A stretch of DNA of 64,000 nucleotides, from NCBI GenBank assembly GCA_041581055.1, contig JBFGCT010000001.1, positions 6,652 to 70,651 of the forward strand, given 5' to 3'. The position numbers and the translations under genes are program-made. Of this stretch, positions 29,444 to 38,450 are shown piece by piece. This DNA comes from Ilumatobacteraceae bacterium (GTDB lineage Bacteria; Actinomycetota; Acidimicrobiia; Acidimicrobiales; Ilumatobacteraceae). The notes under the pieces were generated by a model. That model was not told where the DNA came from. It saw nothing but the letters and a program-made list of their open reading frames with translations, and made no database searches. Each line of letters begins with the position of its first letter. The stretch's first letter is position 1.

Positions 29444-30958
29444 CTACTGGGCCGCCATCGCGTCCGCGAGGTTGCGGCGGACCAGCTTGCCGCTGGCGTT
29501 GCGCGGCAGCGCGGAGACGAACATGATCTTGTTCGGGCACTTGTAACGGGCGAGGTGGTCGCAGGCGAACTCGATCAGGGTCTCCTCGTCGACGTCGGCG
29601 CCCTCCTTGGCCACCACGAACGCCTTGACGGCCTCGCCGGTGTGCGGGTGGGGCACGCCCACGACCCCGACCTCGGCCACGTCGGGATGCCGGGCCAGCA
29701 CCTCTTCGACCTCGGCGGGATAGACGTTGAACCCCGAGACGATGACGAGGTCTTTGGCCCGGTCGACGAGGTACAGGTAGCCGTCGTCGTCGCAGATCGC
29801 CATGTCGCCGGTCTGCAGCCAGCCGTCCTCGGTCAGCACGGCGGCGGTCGCCTCGGGGTCCTCGAAGTAGCCGGCGAACACGTTGTCGCCGCGCACCCAG
29901 ATCTCGCCGACGTCGCCGACGAGCGCGTCGCCGTCCTTGTTGACCAGGCGCACCTCGACGCCGTCGAGCGCCCGGCCGACCGAGCCGAAGCGGACCACCT
30001 CGCCGACCTGCGTGGTCACGGTCGGCGAGGCCTCGGTCAGCCCGTAGCCCTCGAGGATCTCGACGCCGAAGCGCTCCTTCATCCGCTCGGCGACGGGGAT
30101 CGGCAAGCGCGCCGCCCCTGACAGCGCCCGGCGGACCGTGGCGAACGTGTCGGCGGCGAGCTCGTCGAAGTGGGCGAAGGCGGTCCACATCGAGGGCGCG
30201 CCGGGCACGATCGTGACTTTGCGGTCGCGGATCGTCTCGGCGGCGGTCAGCGGGTCGAAGCGCTGGACGAGGATGATCGTCGCGCCGACCCGCAACCCGA
30301 GTCCGAGCACGATGTTCAACCCGAAGATGTGGAACAGCGGCAGCACGCCGTAGACGATGTCGCCGGCGCCGATCGAGTCCGGGTTGCTCAGGCTCTGCGT
30401 CATGCTGCTCAGCAGGTTGTGGTGCGTCAGCTTGGCGGCCTTCGGCGAGCCGGCGGTGCCGCTGGTGAAGATCAGGACCGCGAGCTGGTCGGCCTCGACC
30501 TCGACCCGGTCGACCGGGTCCGATCGGAGCAGTTCGTCCAGGTGGACCGCGTCGGTCGGGCCGCCGTGGTCGGTGCTCTCGGTCGTGACGACCGTCTCGA
30601 CCGACGGCACCTTGTCGCGGTCGACGTTCGCCCAGGATGCCGAGCTGAGCTGCTCGATCAGTACGACCTTGGCCCGGACCTTGGCGATCTCGGCCTCGAG
30701 CTCGGGCGCCGGGCTGAGCGGGTTGAGCGGCACGACGACTGCGCCGAGCCCCACGGCGGCGAGGTAGGCGACGACGAAGGGCCGGCCGTTGCCGCACATG
30801 AACGCGATCCGGTCCCCCTCCGCGAGCCCGATCGAGGCGAACCCGCCGCGCGTCCGGTCGACCTGCTCGCGCAGTTCGCCGTAGGTGGTCTCGCGGCCGC
30901 GGCTGATCAGTGCGATCGCGTCGTCCGGATGACCGTCGATGATGCTCGCCAGGTTCAC
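29444..30958 (-). CDS. Long-chain fatty-acid--CoA ligase (AMP-binding)
   Basis: FTSGTAGSPKAA, GYGLTE, TGDMA and the C-terminal PRNASGKLVRR motif. Confidence 0.85.
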   Translation of the reverse strand: MNLASIIDGHPDDAIALISRGRETTYGELREQVDRTRGGFASIGLAEGDRIAFMCGNGRPFVVAYLAAVGLGAVVVPLNPLSPAPELEAEIAKVRAKVVLIEQLSSASWANVDRDKVPSVETVVTTESTDHGGPTDAVHLDELLRSDPVDRVEVEADQLAVLIFTSGTAGSPKAAKLTHHNLLSSMTQSLSNPDSIGAGDIVYGVLPLFHIFGLNIVLGLGLRVGATIILVQRFDPLTAAETIRDRKVTIVPGAPSMWTAFAHFDELAADTFATVRRALSGAARLPIPVAERMKERFGVEILEGYGLTEASPTVTTQVGEVVRFGSVGRALDGVEVRLVNKDGDALVGDVGEIWVRGDNVFAGYFEDPEATAAVLTEDGWLQTGDMAICDDDGYLYLVDRAKDLVIVSGFNVYPAEVEEVLARHPDVAEVGVVGVPHPHTGEAVKAFVVAKEGADVDEETLIEFACDHLARYKCPNKIMFVSALPRNASGKLVRRNLADAMAAQ

Positions 30959-31143
30959 GAACCCCCCTCAGAATCCGTGGTCAGCGTACTCGGCCCAGGT
31001 TGTCGCGCCGAGCCGGTGTGCAAGATCAGCTGATCACAAGCGCGCCAGCGAGAGGATCCCGGCGATGAGGATCGCCGCCAGGAGCAGGCCGAGCGTGAGC
31101 GTGGTGGCAGGCCGCATCGCCGGTCAGGCTACTGGTGGGAGCG

Positions 31144-32034
31144 TCACCCGTGGCGCCGCAACTCGACGCGCTGGGCGGCGCCGCCCTGGCCGGCGGCGCC
31201 CTCGGCGGCCGGCGTCAGCGTCACCTGGTCGCCCGCGTCGAGCCCCAACTCGGCGGCCGCGGAGCGCTGATCCATGGCGATCGCGAACATCCCCGCCGAG
31301 TCGACGACCAGCCCGACCGCCCCGCCCGGCAGGTCGGCGAACGACGCCGATCGGGCGGCGCTGCGCGTGGTCCCGCCCGACGGGTCGGTCGGGTCGGAGA
31401 ACCGGAGATCGACGAGCTCGCCGAACGTGTCGGCGAGGTCGTCGGGGCCGATGTTGAGCTGCGCGTTCCCGAAGTGGTCGACCCAGAGCACCTGGGCGAT
31501 CACCCGCCGCTCGTCGGCTTGCGGCAGCGGGACCACCCCCGGCATCAGCAGCTCGGGATCGACCATGTCGCCGAGCTCGCCGAGATCGACGCCGTTGCAC
31601 AGGTGGGCGGCGACCGGGGCGAACACGTCGCGCCCGGCGAACGTGGCGCCGACCGCCACGAGGTGGAAGTCGGGGTTCGTCAGCTCGACGGTCCGGCCGG
31701 CCCCGCCGGCGAGCGCGACGGCCGGGGCCAACAGACCGTTGTCCGGGCCGACGAGCACCCCCTCGCCGCCGGCGACCTCGACGGCGACGGCCCGCCGCGG
31801 CGTGCCGACGCCGGGATCGACGACGGCCAGCACGACGCCCGAGGCGACATAGCCGATACTGCGGGCCAGCGCGAGCGACCCCGCCCGCACGTCGAACGGG
31901 CGCACGCCGTGGGTGAGGTCGATGACCGTGGCGTGCGGCGCGAGGTCGCGGATGACCGACTTGACGACGCCGACGAACTCGTCGTCGGTGCCGTAGTCGG
32001 TCAGGAAGGAAACGGTCTCGTACCGACGCCCCAT
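31144..32034 (-). CDS. SAM hydroxide adenosyltransferase family (DUF62, chlorinase/fluorinase superfamily)
   Basis: VSFLTDYGTDDEFVGVVKSVI and VDHFGN motifs. Confidence 0.8.
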   Translation of the reverse strand: MGRRYETVSFLTDYGTDDEFVGVVKSVIRDLAPHATVIDLTHGVRPFDVRAGSLALARSIGYVASGVVLAVVDPGVGTPRRAVAVEVAGGEGVLVGPDNGLLAPAVALAGGAGRTVELTNPDFHLVAVGATFAGRDVFAPVAAHLCNGVDLGELGDMVDPELLMPGVVPLPQADERRVIAQVLWVDHFGNAQLNIGPDDLADTFGELVDLRFSDPTDPSGGTTRSAARSASFADLPGGAVGLVVDSAGMFAIAMDQRSAAAELGLDAGDQVTLTPAAEGAAGQGGAAQRVELRRHG

Positions 32035-32342
32035 AGACCGCCGACGCTACCGGTCGGAACGGTCCGCGGGGTCGGCTCGGCGACCGCTCGCGGCCCCCGG
32101 TCGGGACCGGAGAATCTCACCCAGACGGCCCGTGTGGACACGGCACGTGAATCTTTTGGCAAATTTCGTCACTGTTTTTTGAACGTGCCCCTTTTCACAT
32201 CGAAATACGTGGCCTATCGTGACCGCCGTGGAGACGCATTCACCGGCAACGGTGGATCGCGCCGACAGGGCTGGTGCCATCGGGGGGTTGGCACCGGCCC
32301 TCGTCGCGTCTGGGCCCGACTGACCGACCGTTTCGCCGATCG

Positions 32343-33167
32343 TCAGCCGAGTTCGCGGGAGCGCTCGGTGGCGGCGTGCACCGCGGCGGCGAACGCCTCG
32401 CGCACGGCCCGCTCGTCGAGCACGGCCAGGCCGGCGGCGGTCGTGCCGCCGGGCGAGGTCACCTTGGCCCGCAGCGCCGCCGGGTCGCCCTCGCGTTCGA
32501 GCAGGAGCGACGACCCGACGAGGAGCTGCGTCACCGCCCGCTCGGCCATCGGGGCGGGCAGCCCTTCGGCGACGGCGGCGGCGATCAGCGCCTCGGCGAC
32601 GAGGAAGACGTACGCCGGGCCCGAGCCGGCGACGCCCGTGAACGCGTCGAGCAACGGCTCGGGGAGCCGGTCGACGACGCCGACCGCCGACAGGATCGAC
32701 TCCGCCCACGCCAGGTCCTCCGCCGCGGCGTGGGCGCCGCCGGCGATCGCCGAGGTCCCCCTGCCGACCAGCGCCGGCGTGTTGGGCATCGCCCTGACGA
32801 CGGCGATCGGCCGGCCGGCGGCGGCTTCGATCGCGGCGATCCCGACGCCGGCGGCGATCGACAACAGTCGGGTCGCGCCGGCGGCGACCGCGGCGGCGGC
32901 CGCGGCGGGAACGTCGCCCGGCTTCACCGCCAGCACCGCCGCCCGGCAGGCGGGCGCCTCGCCCGACACGGCGACCCCGGGGAACATGTCGCCGAGCTCG
33001 GCGCGGCGCGCCGCCAGCACCTCGACGACGGCGAGGTCCGCCGGCACGAACGCGCCGGAGTCGATCACGCCGCGCAGCAGCGCCGAGCCCATGTTGCCGC
33101 CGCCGATCAGCGCCAGCTCGACCGCTTCGTGGCGCGCATCGGGGTTGTCGGGTGCGTGGTCGGTCAC
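32343..33167 (-). CDS. proC: Pyrroline-5-carboxylate reductase
   Basis: LALIGGGNMGSALL, VRAMPNTPALVG, SPGGTTAAGL. Start uncertain (GTG 33167 chosen). Confidence 0.85.
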   Translation of the reverse strand: MTDHAPDNPDARHEAVELALIGGGNMGSALLRGVIDSGAFVPADLAVVEVLAARRAELGDMFPGVAVSGEAPACRAAVLAVKPGDVPAAAAAAVAAGATRLLSIAAGVGIAAIEAAAGRPIAVVRAMPNTPALVGRGTSAIAGGAHAAAEDLAWAESILSAVGVVDRLPEPLLDAFTGVAGSGPAYVFLVAEALIAAAVAEGLPAPMAERAVTQLLVGSSLLLEREGDPAALRAKVTSPGGTTAAGLAVLDERAVREAFAAAVHAATERSRELG

Positions 33168-33317
33168 GGCGGCGACGTTAGTTCGCGCCCGGCGCCGACC
33201 GACCGGCGGCCGGGGGCCCGGGCGGGCGCAGAGGACCGACTCCCCCGAGCGCGCCCACCCGGACACCCAGACGGTGGGCGACGCCGCCCGCGAAACGGAA
33301 CGGCCGCCGGCGGCGGG

Positions 33318-33776
33318 TCAGCCGAAGCGGCTGGCGAAGCCGATCCGCAGCAGCGACTGGAAGCACTGCTCGACCTGGGCGTACAACGTCCCGAGGACGC
33401 GGTCGAGCTCGTCGTGGCCGACCATCGCCACCGGCAGCTCACCGCGCAGGTACAGCGCGTTCTCGACGCCGATCGAGAAGTGCGCGCCGACCATGCGGTC
33501 GTTGCGCCGCAGCACGTGCTCGTACAACGCCGCCGCGTTCTCCTCCGGGGCCGGCAGCACGTAGGTCTCGTAGCGCAGCGTGCGCTGCCACAACGTGAGC
33601 CACACGGTCGTGAAGTCCTTGTCCTCGCCGCGCATCCGGACGTACCACCTGATCTCGTCGCCGGTCGACCGATCGACCGCCACGATGTGGTCGTGGCTGG
33701 CGGCGAGCTCGGCCAGCCAGCCGTCGATCAGCAGCTCCAACGCGGCGAGCGCCGGCAGGTCGTAGGCGTCGGTCAT
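33318..33776 (-). CDS. YbjN-domain protein
   Basis: 152-aa acidic protein directly downstream of mshA, the conserved actinobacterial arrangement. WYVRMRGEDKDFTTVWLTLWQRTLRYETYV resembles the YbjN fold. Confidence 0.6.
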   Translation of the reverse strand: MTDAYDLPALAALELLIDGWLAELAASHDHIVAVDRSTGDEIRWYVRMRGEDKDFTTVWLTLWQRTLRYETYVLPAPEENAAALYEHVLRRNDRMVGAHFSIGVENALYLRGELPVAMVGHDELDRVLGTLYAQVEQCFQSLLRIGFASRFG

Positions 33777-33813
33777 GGCCGCGCCGGCCGCGCCGGCCGC
33801 GCCGGCCGCCGGG

Positions 33814-35040
33814 TCACTCGCATACGACCAGCTCGCGCACGGTCAGGTCGGCGTAGAGGCGGCGCAGCCTGGCGGCGGCGATGCTCCACGTGTAGCGGCG
33901 GGCCCGGGCGACCGCCGCCTCGCTCATCGAACGCCGGAGGGAGTCGTCGTCCAGGATCTCGGCGACCGCCTTGGCGAAGTCGGACGGGTCCCGCCCGTCG
34001 ATCAGGCGCCCGGTCGCCCGGTCGTCGACGAGGCTGACGAGGCCGCCGACCGCGCTGGCGACGACCGGGACGCCACACGCCGCGGCCTCGAGGGCGACCA
34101 GCCCGAAGCTCTCGCTGCGGCTCGGGACGAGCACGACGTCGGCGGCGCGGTAGTACGTCGACAGGATGTGGTGTGGCTGGGGCGGGATGAACCGCACCTG
34201 GTCGTGCAGCCCGAGCTCGTCGACGAGGGCGCGGGCGCGGGCCGACTCGCCGTCGCCGTCCTCACCGCTCGCCCCGCCGACGATCAGCAACAGCGCGTCC
34301 GGGCGGGCCAGCGCGGCGAGCGTCCGAATCGCGACGTCGGGGCCCTTGAGCGGCTGGATGCGCCCGACGAACAGCAGAACGGGGCGATCGGGGGCGACAT
34401 CGATGGCGCGGCGGGCGCCGGCCTGGTCGCCCGGGGCGAAGAACGCGTGCTCGACGCCGGGGGCGATGATCTCGACGCGCCCCGGCGGGTCGCCGTACAG
34501 GCGCCGGAACTGCTCCTCCTCCTCGACGCAGCTCACGCAGATCGCGTCGGCGCAGTAGATGATCTCCGCCTCGGCGCCGTCGCGCCACGTCGGCTCGAGA
34601 TCGCCCCCCTCCGCCTTCACCCTGGCCAGCGTGTGGAACGTCGTGACGAACGGAACGTCGAGGTCGTGCTTCAGCTCGTGGCCGACCAGCCCGCTCAACC
34701 AGTAGTTGCCGTGGATCACGTCCGGGCGTTCGTTGCGCGCCATCCAGTCGAGCACGCCCTCCCGGAAGTCGTACGTGACGTCGCACAGCGCCTCCTTCGG
34801 CAGGTGATGCGGGCCGGCCTCGACGTGCACCACCCGATGCCCCGGCTCGACGAGCACCTCGGCCGGCAGACCGGCGCGGTCGGCCCGGGTGAACGTGGTG
34901 GTCTCGACCCCGGCCTGCGAGAGCGCGGAGAACAGCTCGCGGACGTAGACGTTCATCCCCCCGCTGTCGCCGGAGCCCGGCTGCAGCAGCGGCGACGTGT
35001 GGAGTGAGATCACTGCGACGCGTTGCACGGCCCGCGACAC
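33814..35040 (-). CDS. mshA: D-inositol-3-phosphate glycosyltransferase (mycothiol biosynthesis)
   Basis: VAVISLHTSPLLQPGSGDSGGMNVYVREL is the MshA signature. GT4 C-terminal motif PSRSESFGLVALEAAACGVPVVA. Confidence 0.85.
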   Translation of the reverse strand: MSRAVQRVAVISLHTSPLLQPGSGDSGGMNVYVRELFSALSQAGVETTTFTRADRAGLPAEVLVEPGHRVVHVEAGPHHLPKEALCDVTYDFREGVLDWMARNERPDVIHGNYWLSGLVGHELKHDLDVPFVTTFHTLARVKAEGGDLEPTWRDGAEAEIIYCADAICVSCVEEEEQFRRLYGDPPGRVEIIAPGVEHAFFAPGDQAGARRAIDVAPDRPVLLFVGRIQPLKGPDVAIRTLAALARPDALLLIVGGASGEDGDGESARARALVDELGLHDQVRFIPPQPHHILSTYYRAADVVLVPSRSESFGLVALEAAACGVPVVASAVGGLVSLVDDRATGRLIDGRDPSDFAKAVAEILDDDSLRRSMSEAAVARARRYTWSIAAARLRRLYADLTVRELVVCE

Positions 35041-35069
35041 GATATCTGGCGTCGTCGGCGCCCGAGTCC

Positions 35070-35147
35070 GGCGGAGTGGTCCGGCGGAGCGGCTCGGCGG
35101 AGCGGCCCGGTGGAGCGGGTCGGTGGAGCGGGTCGGTGGAGCGGGTC
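35070..35147. repeat. 13-bp tandem repeat x6 in the mshA upstream region
   Basis: GGCGGAGTGGTCC, GGCGGAGCGGCTC, GGCGGAGCGGCCC, then GGTGGAGCGGGTC x3. These run head to tail between mshA (start 35040) and the upstream gene (stop 35180). Confidence 0.9.
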
Positions 35148-35179
35148 GGCTGGCGGGGGGCCGGCGTGGCCCGCGGCGG

Positions 35180-35671
35180 TCAGGCGAGCAGGCTGTCGAC
35201 GTCGGCCTCGCCCTCGCGATACCGGCGGACCAGCTCGGCGCTGAGCGCGTCGAGCCGGTCGTAGCGGTCGCGACGGTCCGAGGAGACCCGCGATTCGAAC
35301 TCGGTGATCGCCTCGCTCAGCGCCGTCAGCTCGGCGTTGTTCAGATCCTCCAAGCGGCCGAAGCCCTTCTCCGCGCAGACCGCCTCGAGCTCGAGCGCGA
35401 GCGGGTGGTCGCTGAGATCCTCGGTCGGCCGCGGCGGCCGGGCCGGGCCGCCGGTGAGGTGTCTGGACAGCACCGACTTCAACTCGTCGCGGAGCATCTC
35501 TCCCGAGTGCGACTCCCGATGTGCGATCTCGGAGTTGACGAGGTCGAGCCGCGCCTGGGCGACCCGGCGGGCGTACGACACGACGTCGTCCTCGGCCTGC
35601 AGCTCCTGGCGCCGCTCGCGCAACTCGGCAAGCGACAGGTCCGCCGGGTCGATCGAATCGGTGGTCGTCAC
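35180..35671 (-). CDS. RsiG-like anti-sigma factor (c-di-GMP-binding coiled-coil family)
   Basis: Helical 163-aa protein. It carries DDVVSYARRVAQARLD (aa 28-43) and ESRVSSDRRDRYDRLD (aa 126-141), matching E/D-x3-S-x2-R-x3-Q-x3-D fully and with one substitution respectively. Confidence 0.55.
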   Translation of the reverse strand: MTTTDSIDPADLSLAELRERRQELQAEDDVVSYARRVAQARLDLVNSEIAHRESHSGEMLRDELKSVLSRHLTGGPARPPRPTEDLSDHPLALELEAVCAEKGFGRLEDLNNAELTALSEAITEFESRVSSDRRDRYDRLDALSAELVRRYREGEADVDSLLA

Positions 35672-35901
35672 GTGGTTCCTCCTGAGACGGGCGGGAGCAC
35701 CGCCACTTCGTCGTCGGGCCCGACGGCGGTGTCCGGGCCGGCGTCGTCGCCGTTGACCCAGACTTTGCAGGTCGGGAGGATCTGGCTGAACACCGCGCCG
35801 TAGCGCTGCTCAGCTCGCGCCAGCACTTCGCCGACAGTGGCGCCCTCGATCACGTCGGCGCCCGTCCCGGCGGCTTCGCGAGCCGAGGCAAACAGGCGCA
35901 T
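35668..35901 (-). CDS. MoaD/ThiS-family sulfur-carrier-like protein
   Basis: 77 aa, MRLFASAREAAGTGADVIEG...VAVLPPVSGGTT: a beta-grasp pattern with a near-C-terminal GG. ATGA overlap with the downstream gene. Confidence 0.65.
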   Translation of the reverse strand: MRLFASAREAAGTGADVIEGATVGEVLARAEQRYGAVFSQILPTCKVWVNGDDAGPDTAVGPDDEVAVLPPVSGGTT

Positions 35902-36023
35902 CGTTGGCACGTCGGACAATCTACAAGCGCGCGGCGGCCGACCGGGGTTGTTCCTGATGGCGGCGCTCGCGATCGGGCCGCGGCGGCGACGCCCGACGCC
36001 GGGCGGGCGGCGCTCGACGGCGC

Positions 36024-37016
36024 TCAGGACGGCCCGTCCGCCGGCAGCACCCCGACGACGAAGCCGAGGACCGCGACCGCCAACGTGCAGCCCAGGGCGA
36101 GTCGTCGGGTCGACGGCTCCTCGAGGCGGTTCGTCGCCCCGTAGAACCCCAGCTCGGGGCGGGGCAGCGTTCGCAGGCTGACCAGCCCCACGAAGACGAG
36201 GCCGATCGCCAACGACATCGCCGAGACGCGCCCGTCGTGCGACATCGGCCCGAGGCCGTGGGTCCAGCGGTCGCTGAGGCCGCGCAGCGCGACCGCCAGG
36301 TTGAGGGCGACCATCGTCGCCATCGTCGTCATCCATCGGACGGGCAGGCCGGACCTCGACGTGCCGTTCCCGACGCCGGCGCCGACCGACGCCATCGACC
36401 AGACCAGCCGCGCGCCCGGGCGGATCCGGCCGCCCGAGAGCAGCCAGTGCCCGAGCGAGAGACCGCCGACGCCGCCGGCGAGCAGGGCGACGACGGACCA
36501 GGACGGCCGATCGAAGGGCGTTTGGCCCGTGAACAGGACGGCGATGAGCAGGACGATGGCCAGCATCCGGCGCAGCCCGTCGATCGACACCACCGACCAG
36601 GCGGCCTCGCGGATCCGGACGGCCGGCGGCGTGGCAGAACGCGACCGCGCGGCGCCGAGCACGCCGAGCCCCCGGCGCGCCCACGCGATCTCGCCGGTGT
36701 CGTCCTCGCCGACGTCGGGCTCGCCGGCGATCGCCACGAACGAGCGATCGAGGCCGAGCGCGTCGGCCATCACGACCGGCATCGGAGTCGGCCGCCCTCT
36801 CGTCCGCGCATAGCCACCCGGCCGTCGCGGGATGGCCCACAGCCCGGCGGTGACGACCAGCGCGGCGGAGAAGGCCATGAACTGGAGGGCGAGCACGAGC
36901 GCACCGAGCACGCCGGGCGTGAACGACGACAGGGACCAGGCCAGCCATCCACACCACGCGGCGAGCGCGCCGGCCGACAGCAGCCGCCCGATCCACGTGC
37001 CCACCTTCGCCAACAC
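36024..37016 (-). CDS. Polytopic membrane protein (hypothetical)
   Basis: The GTG at 37016 is preceded by GGAG 7 nt upstream. At least 8 hydrophobic segments. The N-terminal 236 aa of the listed 566-aa ORF is a shadow frame. Confidence 0.55.
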   Translation of the reverse strand: MLAKVGTWIGRLLSAGALAAWCGWLAWSLSSFTPGVLGALVLALQFMAFSAALVVTAGLWAIPRRPGGYARTRGRPTPMPVVMADALGLDRSFVAIAGEPDVGEDDTGEIAWARRGLGVLGAARSRSATPPAVRIREAAWSVVSIDGLRRMLAIVLLIAVLFTGQTPFDRPSWSVVALLAGGVGGLSLGHWLLSGGRIRPGARLVWSMASVGAGVGNGTSRSGLPVRWMTTMATMVALNLAVALRGLSDRWTHGLGPMSHDGRVSAMSLAIGLVFVGLVSLRTLPRPELGFYGATNRLEEPSTRRLALGCTLAVAVLGFVVGVLPADGPS

Positions 37017-37122
37017 CGCTTGACTCCTCCACCTGTGAACAGGGCGCCGCCACGCCACCGGGCGAGTGGACCGAACCCACACGCGTTCACCCCGTATCGG
37101 CACGAGGACCGGGCCGCTTGAG

Positions 37123-37175
37123 GGCGATGGGGGCGGGGTCCGGGGCGATGGGGGCGGGGGCCGGGGCGACCGCGG
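37123..37175. repeat. 21-bp G-rich tandem repeat (about 2.5 copies)
   Basis: GGCGATGGGGGCGGGGTCCGG / GGCGATGGGGGCGGGGGCCGG / GGCGACCGCGG, located 34 nt upstream of the cyclophilin start. Confidence 0.8.
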
Positions 37176-37208
37176 CGTGGAGCTCCGGGCCGGTAGCCTC
37201 TCCCCGCT

Positions 37209-38057
37209 GTGGGTACCGCGAAGCGTGAACGCCAGAAGGCGAACAAGGCACTGAAGCAGAACGAGCTCGTCCGGGCCGAGCAGAAGCGGAAGGGCACCCG
37301 GATCGCGATCATCGTGATCGGGGCGATCGCCGCGGTCTGCGCGTTGGTGTGGATCGGGAGCCAGTTCGTCGGTGACGACACCGAGGAGCCCGTGGTCCTC
37401 GACGACGCATTCTTCGAGTCGGACACGGCCGGCGAGACCCCGTCCGACACGACGGCGACCGACACGACCGAGGCCCCCGACACCACCGAGGCCGTCGCCG
37501 CCGCCGATGTCGGCTGCCCGCCGGCCGACGGGAGCGCCGAGCCCATCCGATCGTTCTCCGGCCCGCCGCCCGACTGCCTCGACCCCGACGCGGCGTACCA
37601 GGCGGTCGTCACCACCAACAAGGGCGAGTTCACGATCGACCTCGACCAGGAGCGGGCGCCCGGCACGGTCAACAGCTTCGTCTTCCTCGCCCGGTACAAG
37701 TACTTCGACGACACGACCTGCCACCGCATCATCCCCGGGTTCGTCGTGCAGTGTGGTGACCCGACGGGGAGCGGCACCGGCGGGCCGGGCTACCGGCTCG
37801 CCGACGAGTTGCCCGACGACGGCGAGTACCAGATCGGCTCGGTGGCGATGGCCAACAGCGGGCCGGACACCAACGGCAGCCAGTTCTTCATCGTCACCGG
37901 AGAGCAGGGCGCCGCGCTGCCCCCGCAGTACTCGCTGTTCGGCGACGTCACCGGCGGCTTCGCGGAGACCGTCACGGTGATGGAGGCCTCCGGCACCGCC
38001 GGCGGCAGCCCGAGCGAGGACATCGAGATCATCTCCGTCGAGATCGTCGAGAGCTGA
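37209..38057 (+). CDS. Cyclophilin-type peptidyl-prolyl cis-trans isomerase with N-terminal membrane anchor
   Basis: NSFVFLARYKYFDDTTCHRIIPGFVVQCGDPTGSGTGGPGY and MANSGPDTNGSQFFIV, with TM IAIIVIGAIAAVCALVWIG. Confidence 0.9.
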   Translation: MGTAKRERQKANKALKQNELVRAEQKRKGTRIAIIVIGAIAAVCALVWIGSQFVGDDTEEPVVLDDAFFESDTAGETPSDTTATDTTEAPDTTEAVAAADVGCPPADGSAEPIRSFSGPPPDCLDPDAAYQAVVTTNKGEFTIDLDQERAPGTVNSFVFLARYKYFDDTTCHRIIPGFVVQCGDPTGSGTGGPGYRLADELPDDGEYQIGSVAMANSGPDTNGSQFFIVTGEQGAALPPQYSLFGDVTGGFAETVTVMEASGTAGGSPSEDIEIISVEIVES

Positions 38058-38105
38058 GGCCCGGCCCGGGCCCGCCCCGTCGGGCCGTCGGGCCGTCGCC
38101 GTCGA

Positions 38106-38450
38106 TCAGTCGGGCGGGAAGTACTCCTCGCCCTTGCGCTCGTCGCGCGTGAGCTCGTCGACGCCGTCGACGGGAACGCGCATCCGCAGGTGCACCGCAC
38201 GGCCGACGACGTGCGTCCCGACCGGAGCGGTCACCAGTTGCAGCACGACGACGAGCGCCAACGTGCCCGCGGCGGCGAGCGTGCCGATCCGCAGTCCGGC
38301 CCCGATGGCGACGAGGATGAGGCCGAGCGTCGGCGCCTTCGCCGCGGCGTGCATCCGGGAGTACACGTCGGTGAAGCGGTTGACCCCGATCGCCGCGATG
38401 AGCGCGAACGTGCTGCCGAGGACGAGGAGCACGTCGCCGACCGCCTCCAT
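38106..38450 (-). CDS. mrpG: Na+/H+ antiporter subunit G
   Basis: 114-aa, 3-TM protein at the end of the mrp operon. Confidence 0.8.
   Translation of the reverse strand: MEAVGDVLLVLGSTFALIAAIGVNRFTDVYSRMHAAAKAPTLGLILVAIGAGLRIGTLAAAGTLALVVVLQLVTAPVGTHVVGRAVHLRMRVPVDGVDELTRDERKGEEYFPPD

Noticed and set aside
31034-31117. 27-codon hydrophobic minus-strand ORF (MRPATTLTLGLLLAAILIAGILSLARL) between fadD-like and DUF62 genes
   Set aside because: It is too short to evaluate without comparative or ribosome-profiling data, has no recognisable family, and could be chance.
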